This document shows, in pieces, positions 11,712 to 26,511 of a stretch of DNA of 64,000 nt. The notes beneath the pieces are model-generated. The model saw only the letters and a list, made by a program, of their open reading frames with translations. It was not told where the DNA came from and did no database searches. The position numbers were made by a program, and so were the translations under genes. The stretch spans positions 82,192 through 146,191 of the forward strand of contig JAKMXF010000358.1 of NCBI GenBank assembly GCA_024704765.1. Reading direction: 5' to 3'. The stretch's first letter is position 1. Every line of letters starts with the position of its first letter. The DNA comes from Oopsacas minuta. Lineage: Eukaryota; Animalia; Porifera.

Positions 11712-14700
11712 ATCTACGAAATATTTTGTGGATGTGGAATTGACTATATGTACTTTTAGTATTATTTTGCGAATAAATATACTTTATTAAGAGAATGATT
11801 TTACGATGACCTTTGAAAATTTCTTTCGTGTTTTATTTTACAACTTAAACTTTTTCTAATGAAATTTGATATGAAAAGGGACAGATGAATTCGTTTTTTT
11901 GGATTTATTTAGATTAAATTGGGTAAGTCAGTCATGAAAAAATATTTATTCTCAAATTTACAACGCATAACGATCGAATCCCAGAGTTTCTTAAATGTTT
12001 ATTTATTAAATAATTTTCACCCTCCCTCAAAATTACTTTCGAGTACACGCCCCATTCCAACCATCCCCAAACTAGATATATAAACTGATATACCCAAGCC
12101 CAGTGGCGGATCCAGGAGGGTTAGGGGCTATATAATTATATATCCCCCCATCAGAATTTTGGTTGTAATATATCATATATTCCAGTTACGTATATTAGAT
12201 GATTTATGGTTTAATGTAGTTTTCATAACTAAATATTTGAATAATATGGGAGAGATCATTCAATAAGTGATAATAGTATAAATTTAATGTAAATTTTAAA
12301 AATAACTAAATGCCAATAGGGATAACCAGTCTAGTATATTGATTTGTTGGCTGTTATCACCATACTTCTATTACAACTTTTCAAAGCCTCCATTACGCGC
12401 TGCCCATGTACAGAGGATCATTAACCCTTATTCTTACTCCACTATCGTTATGAGATCTTCATTTGAAATCTTTATGCTTGTTTTGTGAATACCCTGCACT
12501 CGGGAAATTCTTCTGACATTTTCTAGATTGGTTAAACCTTAAAATATTCGCTCAGTGGCTACGTTCGCTTGTAATGCATATTAAATTCGAGAGAACATTT
12601 TTTTAGAACCCATGGAAATGTGGAAATCGTTTATATCCAGTATTACCCAAGGCTCGGGAATAATGAATGTTACATAATTTCGATAAACATTCCAATTCTC
12701 GTCCGCCAAATCCCGGCCCTGGATACAGGGAAAATATTCCCTACATTTTATCGAACTCTTGATACTTGACCCTCTAACTTTTTGCACGCTTGCTCGTACT
12801 TTTTGAGTTTAAGATTAAACAAACAACAACCAGTACTATGAAAGATCTAATTGCCCTCCCCCCCATTTAATGCTATCTGCTCCCCCACTATTTTCATTTA
12901 TATCCCATATCTCTTCCGGCCACAATAATTTTCCAAAATTCATGGATTTATGATAGATTTAGGTGACTTGTAAAATCCCGATATATGATGTGTATTCAAA
13001 AAGCCTAGATCCAACATACAAAAATATACAGTAAACTCTATTTATAACTCTTAGTATTGCGTACTTTAGTGCGGTAAGATACGGAAAATCTGTGAACTGT
13101 ATTTTCAAGTACAGCACGGCGTACAAAGTCCAGTAACCCCTGTATCATTTCGTTATGTGCGGAATTTCTTTGTAAGCAGAGTAAAATCAATTGCTTTCAA
13201 GCTAAATGGTGTATAGAATTACATGATCATAAGGCTATTTTCGTTTTATTCTACTTGGTTCTAACGCAGGTTTACTATTGAGAATGTTACTAATATTCTA
13301 TCTATTCAGACTAGAATCAAACGATACTAGTTTTTCTATTAATGTAAATCAGATCTTGAATGATACGAAATTCATATTTTCATGTCTAACAACCGTTCAG
13401 GGATTTGGCGATTTCATCAATATTCAAGCGTCTAGGTACCCGTTTCATTTGTATATTGCATTTCACGTTCATAATCCTCAAGGACACCACTAGATCTACA
13501 GGTGGCGTCCGCCATGATATATTAGTGATTATTATTATTTTATCCGGGCTAGTGGGATCCACTCAACTTTCATTATTTACCAATTTTTCTCATATTATTT
13601 GTATATTATTTGTTGACTTTACGAGCGAGCGAATATACCGAACAGTAAATATTGAACATACTAAAAGTATCCTGGGCATAGGTGCCGAATCAAGAGGGGG
13701 CTGGGGGGCTCGGGCCCCCGTCGTTTGGTTACAGCCCCGTAGACTAATACAAAATATATGTGTGAGCCACCTCTGGAACCGATCGGTCCAAGTTGTTGGA
13801 ATGTTCGGCGCCCCTGATCCTGAGATTTGACGTACGAAAGGTTAGCAGGTAAGTAGGCTGGATCAAAGTTCGCGACTGCTGTATATATATTAAATAGAAT
13901 CTGATTAGTGACTAAAATATTAATTGAAATCAATGATCGCACGATACTAACAGAGGCGTATCTCGCATTTCCTCTTTGAGGATACCACTGGGGTTGCTAG
14001 CGACCCCAATAATACTGAAAGATATCCTTCGGTGACTGCGTATGAGTCCGATACCGGTCTAGCTTTGTATCAAGGCGAACATTCCTAAATTTACACGTGA
14101 ATTTCTGTATAATATCATCACTATTACGGAAGATACCCTGTTATTCCGAAAGGCTATACAGTAACTTTCGCGAATTTCTTCCATAGTTTCTGAAGCTGAA
14201 ATAATATCATCGTAATATCACATCTTAGAAATACTATTCAAGATTTAGTTGTCGGTGAAGTAGGAACCAAATTTAAGTTTTGAAATCTTGCAAGTGCAAT
14301 TAGCTTTCTGAGTTATGTTCCACCGGAAAATGTAATGTTATAAACACCCCTTAACATCGTTAGCCTCAAAACTTATCGAGTGCCTCTTGTATTCTGATAA
14401 GACTTACCCCAACTGTCCAACCTAGAGGTCACCTAATATCGGGAAACATTGGCGTAGTAGTGACAAAGGTATTTGCTTGGCCATGACCGGACTGGCTTGG
14501 CCAGCCCTGTTGGCTCCGAATTGTATACATGCAGTAGCTAATGAAATTATTGGTTGACTTGGGTTGATGTTTGTACATATATCTTGTATACGGATATTAT
14601 TGCATTGAATAGATCTAAGAATTGTTTGATAGTTTAGAAGCACATAATGTTAGCAAGAACTATCCCTGCCACCGCTAGTTGTAAAACCAGTAGTGTAATC

Positions 14701-16164
14701 TGTATTTGCCCACCTTGCCGATAGACATCTTGCCGAAACTATGTAATTCAAATATTTCTTATTACAATAAGAATCCTGTAAGTATAGTATCTAGCAAAAC
14801 AATGAATCTTGGCGCATCCCGAGGTGTTGTCCGGACTTCTTGGCTTTGTTCCGAGGTGTATATTGAAGCTTTATTGGCTGTGGTGGAAGGATTTTATTGA
14901 ATTAGTTTATAAACAAGCGTTTATAAATTGGCGTATTTGTATATTAATTAATATTCACTATTATGTAGAGATGCGACGGTCCAACAAGGATCGCTGGTCC
15001 TCGGTCCGTCTATCCGGTTCCAATTTTATGCACCCGGTCCTGTTTGTGATTATTCCCGGTTCCAATCCGTTTAACCCGGCCTATTTCTTAGGTCAGTTTA
15101 AAGAGTATATCGGAAACCGAAGTTGATTTATCATGTTTCACAACTTTAGTAAGCTGTTTACTAACAAAAACACATGACAGGCTATTTATACTAATACTTA
15201 GGTCCGTAGATCAATACAAGATATATCCTTGATAGTTGGTGAGATATGAGCGAAGCAAGCCGAAATTTTACAGTGTGCAATTTGAGCAAACATGCACGAG
15301 TTTACCACAGGGGATGCTCCGGGCATGAGATTTTATTAGGGGGTATTGCCCCCGGGCACAATATTTTCCCAGGGGGAGTATTGCCCCCCTAAGGGCCCTC
15401 TGGCCCTGGGCGACGCCCCTTCGGCACTTTGGGAGCAGCTCTTGTGCCAGATCTTCGGAGGTTTTCCCATATAGCAATACATTATATGAAGTTCAATCAG
15501 TAGAATGTTTAGTGTCGTATCTCGGAGGTTATCTTTCAGAGGTGCCGATTTTAGAGTGTACTTGTAATATCAACTGGCTTTCGGCATGATGTCTTCTTGG
15601 CAAAATGACTTTCGGAAAGTTTTATTTTCGGCAAAAATTTTTTCTAGTCGGGTTCCAAATCCTCAAAAGTGAGCTGGAAATACTGTGTTAAAACCTGAAA
15701 AGCGAATAACTTTGTAACAATAGTAGCTAGAGTAATACTTGCAATTGATGGAGGGTAGTAGATATTACGACGGCATATTAATGACGTCACTATGGTGGAG
15801 GAATGATGGCAAAGCAATATCTTAGATCTTGAGATTTCGAAAGACAATTTTGATTAGACCATAGCCTACTCTGCACAATGCCTAACAGTAACTTGTGGAT
15901 TTGGACTACTGATACGTAACTAAATGAAACAAATTCCATGTGATTTCTATTTACATCAACGGTACTATTTTACCGAATGAATGTATTGTATATTTATAGA
16001 GTACAAATTATCAACCATTTTATGCTAAAACTATCAGGAATGTGGCAAAAGTGTCTAGTAAGCAATTGTTTATTGAATTATGCTATTCTTCTATGCCCTG
16101 TAGAACGTTGAATATTGCGTATTTCATATCTAAGTGAACTCAAGAAATTATCTATAGATAGTTA

Positions 16165-16625
16165 CATACAAAATATACAAAATTTGTGATACAAATTTCG
16201 TATATCTTGGGTTACAGGAGTGACCAGAGATGACACATTTTTTATTACCCGACACTTATAACCCGATAATCGTTGGAATTATGGTCAAAATCAAGATAGC
16301 CTCGATATATAGTATATACGCGACTTCCCATATCCTGATAATATATCTTGTTATGATAAATCTTAAGCTGATCGGGAATGTAAAAATGGCCATTTATGGG
16401 TATATTCACGATTACGTCATATTGGTGAGAGTTATCCTAACAAAATGTATTATCAGCGTATGGGAAGTCGCGTATGTACTATATATCGACTATCTTGATT
16501 CGACCATAAATTCAACGATTATTGAGTTTTAAGTGGATTATCAGAAAATGTGTCATCCCTTGTCACTCCTGTAAACCTCAAGAACGGGACAACTTTTCTA
16601 TAACAATTTTTGATATTTTTGTATG
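16165..16625. mobile_element. Foldback MITE with about 190-bp imperfect TIRs
   Basis: 16209-16355 vs 16438-16578 are reverse complements (ggttacaggagtgacc / gtcactcctgtaaacc; gacttcccata / tatgggaagtc); shares motifs with 6038-6586. Confidence 0.8.
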
Positions 16626-19007
16626 GCAAATATAAGGAAAGTGAATAAATGGAGCTTGGTGGAATACGTATGGTAGCAATATAAAAATAAATGTACATAC
16701 ATTCCATAATCCAAAACATACAATAAAACTCTGAAAGATGTGTGTGGATAAATGTTTCATCAGACCGATAGTAAGAATAACCCGATGGAAAATGTATTTA
16801 AATACCACATTCTTTACAATCTGAGCATGAAAAATAGTAAGAAAATACCGAGTGAGAAACACCGGTTTCGACAGTATTTTACTTATTCATAACTATAAGG
16901 CCATGTAAAGTAATAAACTTATTTCTCATCCCGGATATCTCCACACGTCCCTAATTTTGTCCCCCGCCATGAAAGTTAATATTAGCATTGTTTCCAAAGT
17001 TATGCATAATTCCTTGATCACAGATTGTGCAATCCACATTTTATAAATGTAGATTGCTGGGTCAATACTCAATAGACTTAGATATATAAGATCCGGGAGA
17101 TCGAGGTGGTAGTTTATACATAGTAGAAACTTGGACTATGGGGTAGGTTTGGATAATTGAAAATAACCTAATCGAGGTTGTACTGCACTGGCATTCGGTT
17201 TCAGAAATATATTTGGTGACCAACCGAATACTAAATGCTGGACTATTAGGCCAATATATTTAACTCACCGAATATTGAACTATTCGGTTGCAACCTTGTT
17301 AATTATAACTGCGACCTCGATTTTCCGAACTCATTCGGATTGTCCCAAAGCGTTAGATTAATCTACCTTCCTGATTATCGAGGCCGTTTATACATAGTTG
17401 AATAGGAACTGGGACCAGGGGGAATGTTCGGATAATCGAAGATTCACTATACTATAGACAAAAGAGTTTGGACTCTACATAAGTATAATGAGAGTAATGA
17501 AATTCATGGATGAGCGAGCGTAGTGAGTGAGAAAAAATTTGGCGTCCAGCGATATAACCCAAAGCCCAGGAGAAATTTGGGCTCCGCACAGGCATTGATT
17601 TGATAAATGTTGGCAGGTATGAGATACGCGAGCTTGGAATACATATTTTTTTTGTGCCGACTACATAGTAAGGGCGTCGGCTCTGGTAGGATTGGTGAGG
17701 CTATGAGCCTACCAATAAATCTCTTCTTCCCATAGAGAGAAATTCAAAATGATTGGTATAGCAATGGCGTATGGGCATAGCCAATAACTTGGCATTAACT
17801 TTTGAATGTTGATAAGAATTTCCCGGATAAGATATAGGTGCTGTTGCGTTTCAGAATTGCTACCTGTACTGGTACCATGGATATCATAATCTGTGTCAGA
17901 ATTGCTGCCACTGTTATATGACTTATTTGATTATATATGCGGAAATTAGTTCCGATTACGCCCCATGATTTTTTATTATGATACATATGAATAAAGATAT
18001 GTTTAATCATTACCTTCGAAGATAAGTAGTAAAAATTTATGATCCTCATTATACAAATGGGGCCTCATACAAATTGTTGCTGTTCTATTTCCAGCTCCTT
18101 GTAGCCACACTAATCCTATGGAATAGGCTGTCATATCCTAATGCCACTCTTAATATATTTTGTGTACCCCACACATATTCTTGCATACATTTTAAGGTCC
18201 TGTGGATTCTGGTTGGCAATCGCTAATGTAATGTATCAAATAATCTGGCCTACTATCAATTTTTGAAAATTATTACAACTTTCCAGTACTAAACCGTCTC
18301 TTATTCGGGTAAGACAGATATAGCCAGCGGGCTGGCCCCGATTCCCTAAATTCTTTTTCAAAATCCTTAATTGTATCCAATTCTATTGCAGACAAGAACT
18401 TCCTGCTTAGTGGTGAACCCGGTTCTCAAATACCTGCAATATTCTAATATGAAACACACATAATCATGAATATCATCGAATAATTGGATCAATAACATTT
18501 CAGTAACTAGATATATCGCTTTCAGATACATCCAGGAGGTACGGACACACTAGGACCAGGTAGAGTCCACCATAACTGGCCCTAGGGACTTTAGAGTCGA
18601 CCAAAACTGGTCTGGTCTGGTCAACTGGTTATAGTCGCCCCTAACTGCTTTCCCCCGCACCAATTATGGAATAACAGCTGAAGAGGGGGTATCCAGACTG
18701 TCCAACCTTTGGACAGTATCTCGTCGTGATTTTTTACTGTGTAGTGATTAGAATGTGACGAAACCCCAGAATTCTTAGAACATCTGTATGTATACTGACT
18801 TTTCCCACCGGAATCATTTTTAATTATGAATTATCTAGCAATTAAGATATTAAAGAATTTCTAATTATAACATAGCTAAGTAAGTAGTCTTAGAAAATAG
18901 CTGCTATGCTCTTGATTATATAAGTGAACACATTTTTGAATTTTGTACAATCCTGGTGTTGACTGAAATTTATTCACTTGTCATCTACAATTACTTTAAC
19001 ACACATA

Positions 19008-19340
19008 CAGTCGAAATCATTTTTTCCCCCCAAAATGCCCCTAAAACGCTAAAACCCGGTAGGCAAAATAATTCGTTTCAACTACGAAAGCATTATTTGC
19101 TTATAGGGTGAAATTCTTAGTCGTTCACCGAATTAAGCTATGTAGTACAAGACAACCAAAATAATGTTTAAGCATGATATTAAACTAAACAATTATCAAT
19201 ATTTAATCATTTTGACAAATAAAAATTGCGATCGCAATCGGGAATTATTGATCACTTGACACATGGAAGAGGGTAAGAAACAGAGGCAAAATATTCCGAA
19301 AGAAATGTATTCAAACTGCACATTTTACATGACCAAGGAA
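19008..19340. mobile_element. Truncated copy of the TA-flanked MITE at 33356-33849
   Basis: ta|cagtcgaaatc...; clear similarity to 33356-33690 (aaaacccggtaggcaa, caactacgaaagcattatttgc, tgatcacttgacacatggaagaggg). Confidence 0.8.
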
Positions 19341-19439
19341 GCACAAAAACCAGAAATGACGTGAGATTACACTTTACGACCTCTGAAAAAGTACGAGAGT
19401 TGGTATCTCTGTGTGAATATATTATTAATTATTAGATAA

Positions 19440-19900
19440 AAATACTTTCCCAGGCTAAACTTAACCACTATACTATAGGTATAGTCGGATCGCTAAGGTA
19501 AAATCGCCTATTCCTATCCCGACCCAGGATGCTTCGGGATTCAGGATTTGAAGCATAATCGTGATGGTTGGACAGTCTGGGTATGTGTTATCCGAGTTAT
19601 ACTCTACTTGCGCGCTTCATTTTCTAATATTATGAAATTCTCAAAAATATCGAAATTTGGAGAATTTGATTTTTTGTCAATAATGATGACGTAATAATCC
19701 CATGATGAGTTGCATTTGACCAAAATCATAACGTGACAACATGTGGCATATTGAGGGGTACCTGTGATTCAAATTTCAAACTTCTATCATGCATATTGGC
19801 TGAGCAGTGGTTCATAATGTGATATTTCGAAAATCCAAAAAGGTGACAATGACGTCATAAATTCGATCGCACACTCAGAACACTCCTAAATCCGCACTGT
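19440..19900. mobile_element. Helentron/DINE-like non-autonomous repeat
   Basis: Core aaatttcaaacttctatcatg resembles DINE-type cores; related copy at about 4140-4320 (tgatgacgtaataat, caaaatcat). Family inferred from motif style only. Confidence 0.4.
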
Positions 19901-20353
19901 ATATACACACATATACATATAGATTAATTGCGTTTTAATAGCACAGATTAATGTTCCTATTAAGCTTAAATCTACCTTGGGGCATGTCTCCAAGACCTCT
20001 TAATAGCAACTAGCTATGCTTGCTCTGTAACTCCTGATACTCGACTCGACTGGTTTTATTCTACACACCCAAAGTGACCAGCCAACTGTTGGTTTGACCA
20101 GCATTTATAGCATTAACTTGTATTACTAAATTTATATTTTAAAATTATCCTATTATTTCTACAGATTATCCACTCAATCAGGCTTTCATCTTCATACGCC
20201 TACAGATATATTTGCTAAATTCGTGCGCCTCTAGACGCGCCGCATACGCCTGGATAATACCCTGATTTCAGCTCTATTTGAGATGGGTAAAATATAGTTT
20301 AGAACTGCACAAATTGTTTCCAGCCGCATGTTAAAAAAAAAACCTGTATTAAT

Positions 20354-20473
20354 CAGGGCTCTCAACTCTCACGATTTCGGCCTACACTTACTACAAAATC
20401 CTTGGTCTTTTCTTAGTAAACTATACTAAATCGTTATTCTCACGATTTGAAAGTTCCCTGGTTGAGAGCCCTG
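20354..20473. mobile_element. 120-bp hAT-like MITE
   Basis: TIR cagggctctcaac / gttgagagccctg; same TIR at 43114-43289; no TSD recovered. Confidence 0.7.
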
Positions 20474-21141
20474 ATAGGTATGTATCTGAAATATTACCAA
20501 TGAAGAACGTCGCTTAACTGGTTAGATAATGGTATTATCTTTGGCAACTATTAATTGGAAACATGTTTCAGCTCCACCACTTTAATCTGATTTGGCTACC
20601 GCACGAATATTGCCATTATCAGTGTTTTCCAGGATTCTTTGGCCAAAGGGCACAATCTGTAGGTCGATCTAGAAGGAGGCGATGGAGCGATTGTAAGAGA
20701 GGGGTTAAGGGAGTTTATCTCGATTAGCCGAAATTTTTTAATTCGTATTAACTCTGATGGAGTTATTCCTATCCTGGAAATTTTTCCAAATAAGCTGTTT
20801 TCCCGATTAATTGGTGCTCAATTAAGAGGAGTTGGCTGTATCGTCATTCTACAAGTATTCATTCATTTTGCCCTAAATAGAATACATTTCTAGTTTCTCA
20901 AATGATAATAAAGAACACTTAATATCGGCGGTAAAATTTGTCGGCGAGACTTTTTTATTTTCTGTGTTGGAAGGGTCATTTTCAGGGATGCTATTCATTG
21001 TAACATGGATAAAAACACTGATTTTTGCGATAAATTTTCATCAAATACAATTGATCTATATTTGATTATGATTCTACTGGCCTGAATTACCCAGTAGTAA
21101 AAAATTTAGCAAGGTTTGCAGCCAATATTATGTGTGCAATA

Positions 21142-21434
21142 CACGTTTTTTTTTTTATAAGGAACCCTAATTCAAACTTCAGGCTGAAGTTCCTTATTTT
21201 TTTTGCCAATTCTCAGCCTGGAGTTCCTTATAAAGGTGTTCCTTATAAAAAAAACAACGTGTATAGACGATGTTGAAATATTCTTGATAAATTAATAAAT
21301 GATACTATGATAGGTATATTATTTATGGGTTTTATAATCTCAGGCTGGGCAGTTCCTTAAGAGTTCCTTAATTTTTTGCCAATTCTCAGCCTGGAGTTCC
21401 TTATAAAGGTGTTCCTTATAAAAAAAACAACGTG
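21142..21434. mobile_element. TA-flanked MITE with one left and two right ends
   Basis: ta|cacgttttttttttataaggaac left end; gttccttataaaaaaaacaacgtg|ta right ends at 21261 and 21434; the final about 70 bp of the two right ends are identical; further fragment at about 24165-24250. Confidence 0.8.
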
Positions 21435-22009
21435 TATGTGGCAGAAGTGGCATATCACTGATTATTGGGAACAAGACGGGATAAATTTGAAAATTGTTTG
21501 AGGTATTTCTAAACTGATTTGCAGTCATTTGCACAGTTGGAAATACTGCCAATTTTGGAACATTTATTAACATATAAAGTGCTGCATAATTATTAGAAAT
21601 CTTCAACTTCTGCCTCATGGGGCACAATTAAGGTTGTAAATCCTCCTTCCTGATTTAGCGTGAAACTCTAGGAATTAGGTTCAGTCACCCTGAAATCAGT
21701 AAATCTCATCCGGGACATTTGGCTAGTCTTCATGGCAGTATCATCTTTCCATCTTCCAAAGATTTGGGTTTAGGGATCAGCATTCCTAGGTACCTACTAT
21801 GCATAAGGCTTCACAGAAACTATTGGATTTGGAGAAGGGATGTAGTCGGCGATGCAGGTACTTTATAGTAGTTTCTTATTTCAAAAACAGTGTGCTTTAT
21901 TTTTAGCGAAAGAGATTGCAGAAAAGCGTGCGCGCGCTGCGTAGTCGCTGTAGTCTTTAAGTATCAATCATACATTAATTGGGCCAAAACTGAGAAGTTC
22001 AAGATAATA

Positions 22010-23337
22010 CTTGGCATTCAAAAGTTCCCATCCTTAGTTTATAGCCGTCAAACTATACTCGATTACATTAAATGCATAGTATATCCTAATAGTCCAATCA
22101 ATTACCTATTTAATTCTGTTGAGCAATTCACTCTAGCTATTATTTATCTTGATCTATCATACTTACAATTTACCTATTTTCGAGAGTCAACTTATTCATG
22201 GCTTCAAATCACATCAAGCAAAACCGAACAACGAGCTTACATAAAGATCGTACCGTACTCGGCGACAAACCACTCCAGATACACGAAGATCTCGTCACCG
22301 TTAATCATGGGGAAGCTCTAGCGTATCCCACCGTAAAGGAATGGGCACGTAAATTAAAGGCTGGTAGTGGCAGCACTGAAGACGTCCCTAGCACCAGAAG
22401 ACCAATTTCCGCTACCACACCTGGAAATTGCCTTTGAAATTCTGGAAATTTGGATATTGACCCCTATTTGAGCGTTGAAGAGATTGGCCTAATCCTGGAC
22501 ATCTCATCGAGAAGTGTTCATACAATTCTACAAGATTATCTCAAATATCGAAAGATTTCAGCGCGATGGATACTAAAAATCTTCACAAAGGGGCAAAAGG
22601 AGAAGAGGATTTCATCCGCGAAAAATTCCTTAAAGAATATAGAGATTGTGAGTCTCGAAGTTATATGAAATCGTTACTGGTGACGAAACTTGGATTAATT
22701 TTCTGAACCTCTGTGTAAGGAACAAAGCAAATCCTGGCTCGCCAAAGGTTCTTATCTCTCCGAAAAGGTACGTCCTGACTTCCGAGACGATAAGGTTCTC
22801 TACCGCATATTTTTTGATTCGTGTGGGCCAGTGGCTCAAATACCTATGCCTAAAGGGAATGACTCAATGGAGAATTTTACGCAGATAAATTCCTAGGAGA
22901 AGTCAAGAAAGTCTATAAAATACGACGTCCACGCGTACAGGAACTTGAGGAATCAAACTTCTCCACGATGATGCCAGACCTCATGTTTCAAAATACCTTA
23001 GGGAAGTCATTGAGGATATCGGGTTTGACACGATGGAACATCCTCCGTATTCCCCAGATCTATCACCTTGTGAATTCTGGCTATTTCCTGAGCTGAAAAC
23101 ATCTCGTAGGACGGCTATTTCATACACAACAAGAGATAGGAAACGGAATTTACCACTACTTCAATTCAGTGGGCCTAGACGAGTATAAAAAACAATTTTC
23201 GAAGTGGGTTGATAGGCTACAACTATGCATGGATGTAGAGGGAGAGTATTTCGAACATTTTATGTAGAAATTTGATTAGTAAGTTGTTGTAGTGTCAAGA
23301 TATTAAACCAAGATGGAAACTTTTTGAATGCCCTAAG
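22010..23337 (+). mobile_element. Full-length but degenerate mariner element (1.33 kb)
   Basis: TA TSD; TIR cttggcattcaaaagttcccatc / gatggaaactttttgaatgccctaag; frameshifted transposase with TVKEWARKLK, RKISARWI, IVTGDETW, HDDARPH and HPPYSPDL. Confidence 0.95.
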
Positions 23338-24489
23338 TAGTAACGATTATAATTGCCTCTATGATTGAAATGGACGAATTCCCGCCGATAAAATGTAATA
23401 CAATTATCCTCGTTAACATTTCTTTTACATTCACAGCTCTGAATTTTCCAGTGAATTATGAAAGCAAAATGGCGTCATTTGGCTAGCCCACCAGTGAATA
23501 TATAGTTCCTACGCCCCTGCCCCCCATAATCATCCTCCCGGAAAGTAACTGAGTGGAGTTTGCAATCCTAGGCACAATTTCGCAAACATACACAAACGTA
23601 AGCCAACTAACCGCTTTCTAAAATGATAAATTTAGTGATGTAGGAATTCTTGTGGTCAATTAGTGCTGCCAGGCAAAAATTTTCAACACCACTAAATATA
23701 CAATTATATAACCTGGATATAGCCCAACATTTGCAAATACATAAGATATGATACCAGAAAGAACCATTATAGTTAACATTGTCCAGACTAAGTCTATGAA
23801 AACATTTCCGATTATATATTTTCTAGTAACACTTTGCTCATTAAATAGATTATGAGCAAAATAATATAATTATACTGCTACTAGTTGTACAATATTCAAA
23901 TGAGGTTGATAATTCACCTTGTCATTGATTAACTTTGACTGATTAAGGTCGAAGTCTTACTTACGTAATGCAAAGGAACACTAAAATTTTACAACTTCGT
24001 TTTAACCCAATCCCGCACCAAAATCGAGATTTTGAACACCTTTTTGACATCACAAAATCATACATTTTCCTTGTTGTATTCGTTAAATAACTGAGAAGTT
24101 ATGGACAATATTGAATTAATTACATTTTCTATTTACTTATATAAATTTCAAATATCAGCAGATCTGAGGCTTAGCAGTTCCTTAAGAGTTCCTTAATATT
24201 TTACCCAATCTCAGCCTGAAGTTCTATGTAATGGTGTTCCTTATGAAAAATGTCCAGCCGACAGACTAGTAGTGCACCACGAGTTATGTGTTTTTGTTCT
24301 TTTCTGGGGAGCACGCTCCCCCTGACACCCCATGTAGATGCTCAATCCACCATCCCAACTGATTTAGGCTACTTGGCTGGATCTGTGAAATATTTCAGGA
24401 TATTCAACATCATTAGCCACTGCAGAACTTTTTTTATCCTTAAATCCTATGGATAAAATTCTAAATATTTATCCTGCAATTACCTCTGT

Positions 24490-24810
24490 CTAACCTTTGA
24501 ACGAGATCACTAGCATCTATTTGAAATATTTGCAAAAAAGTGTGAAAATTTTATCAACCACACGATTAATCACTGAGTGAGAGATTTGAAAATGTCAAAA
24601 TTGGTATCTACATACTTGATTATCCCTGACTAGCAGTTGAAACAAAATCTCTAGCATCTTTTTCAATAATATGCAAAAAGGTGTGAAATATGATTAATCA
24701 TATGAAAAAGCTGTGAATTAGTTACTTCCGAGGTCTGAAAATCTCAAAATCGGACTTTACATACCCAATTACCCCTGCCAAAATATTGAAACGTAATCTC
24801 TAGCATAAAT
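24490..24810. mobile_element. Helentron-like dispersed repeat, partly tandem; relatives at about 28630-28920, 29470-29830 and 63240-63370
   Basis: Recurrent motif tttgaaaatgtcaaaattgg..ctacatac..gattatccct in several places; family inferred from motif style only. Confidence 0.4.
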
Positions 24811-25968
24811 TTGACAAAAACTGTACTATAATATAACTGAGCTATATATAAGTTATTTGTTAATTTTAATGTGTATTTCAGTTAATATAACCCATTTGGA
24901 ACTTAAAACCGTTAAAATTTCAATTAACCTTCATATATTTAAGTTGAAACGAATTTCTATGCAGATATTCGTAATAAGCAGGAAATTTCCTTTCATTATA
25001 GCAGTATTAGCTTTCCTATCTTTGAGGAAAGGCCATTTCTCGGATTAATGAAAGTCACCTTTTCGATTGAGGGTATGTGGTTTTTGTATTACAAAAACTG
25101 TACTATACTATAGCTCAGCTATATATAAGGGATCAATAAAATTGTATCAACTTTCATATTTAGGTCCAATCGATTTACAATGCAGATATTCATAACCAGC
25201 GTGATATTTCCTTGATAATTATCACAGGAATGTACTATATTCCATTCACAAAAGTGGACAAATTATGGTCAATGTACCCGTTAAATTGCTGGAAATTTGA
25301 TGCTGAGTACAAATCTGGTCGTTAAAAGTTGATTTGAGATTAGAAAAGGTTATCGCCTGGAGGATCTGTTGCGAAATTGCTGACAGCAACTATTTAAAAT
25401 CCTTTTTGAAGGTCAATAAGTCATAACTCAGGTTGGGAATAGAGATTTTCGGACTCTACAGGTTCGAGTTATTCTAAAAACACTTTTCCCAAAAATTAAC
25501 AGCAAATGCTTTGACACGTCTAAATTTCAAGAAATGGAATCAGACTATCAGATAAATTTGGCTTGTTGATTTGTATATGCCGGACACTAATCTAACTGCC
25601 GAAGGGTGACACCTCTGCTCCATCCAATGAATCTTTTGATATTTCTAAATTATTATCAGATAGTCGAATTGGTTGGACCACCTGACCTTGAATACCCATC
25701 ATTAATTGCTCTCCTTATAAACCATTGTTTTACCTTGGCAACGATCTTAATAAAAATCCAGCTTGCTGTAAAGGATCACATTAGCGTAATTTGTTTCACT
25801 CTCAAGATCGTTATTGATTAAATAAATTTGTATCATATTATCTTCTTCTTTATCTCTCTTTACATATCTAAAATTATTTACATTTATGAGATTAATGTAT
25901 ATTTTTCGCAAGTTCATTGTGAAAATGATCATGTGTGAATAGATGACTGTAATAATTATATTTATGTA

Positions 25969-26241
25969 CAGTACACCCTCGCTATCCGAACAGCACTCTT
26001 ACAATAGCGAAATAATTAGTTCAGATTAGTGATTGGCATTGAAACGATATTATTGGAACTAAGAAGACATAATTAATAATGTTGTACATACGATGAAAAG
26101 GCTGTCAACTTGTGTGATATAGTATTAGAAATTTGTCCTCAGTAGAATTGGATAAAATTAGGCTTCTTGGAATATTTTTTGTACCCTTTCCAAATGCTGT
26201 TCATCATTAGGCTCTTTTCGGATTAGCGAGAGATTCTACTG
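25969..26241. mobile_element. pogo/Tigger-like MITE
   Basis: ta|cagtacaccctcgctatccgaa ... ttcggattagcgagagattctactg|ta. Confidence 0.8.
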
Positions 26242-26511
26242 TACTCACCTTCCAAAGATTTGATATAACATTGTCTGGCACATAAGTCATTTTCTTGTGG
26301 TGATATGCCTAGAGCATATGACGACACGGTAAGCCCCAACTAGACTGGAATAAACAGAAACATGAGGGAAAAGTTGTTTTCCGTAGAAGTTGTAGATGAC
26401 AATCCCAAGTCAATATCTATCAATTGCTCAGATTCGACGCCACCGAGAGTAATTTATGGAGAGATAAAGATTACATTGATATGTTGGTCCATAGCATTCA
26501 ATACATTAAGG

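Noticed and set aside
12430-12620. Possible transposase C-terminal relic (NVATERIF) inside a cagtggcggatcc-ended element
   Set aside because: Single weak motif; right end and TSD not found.
13980-14400. Possible reverse transcriptase relic on the minus strand (YDDIISASETMEE)
   Set aside because: Only one short motif is convincing and the neighbouring motifs are ambiguous; no LTRs seen.
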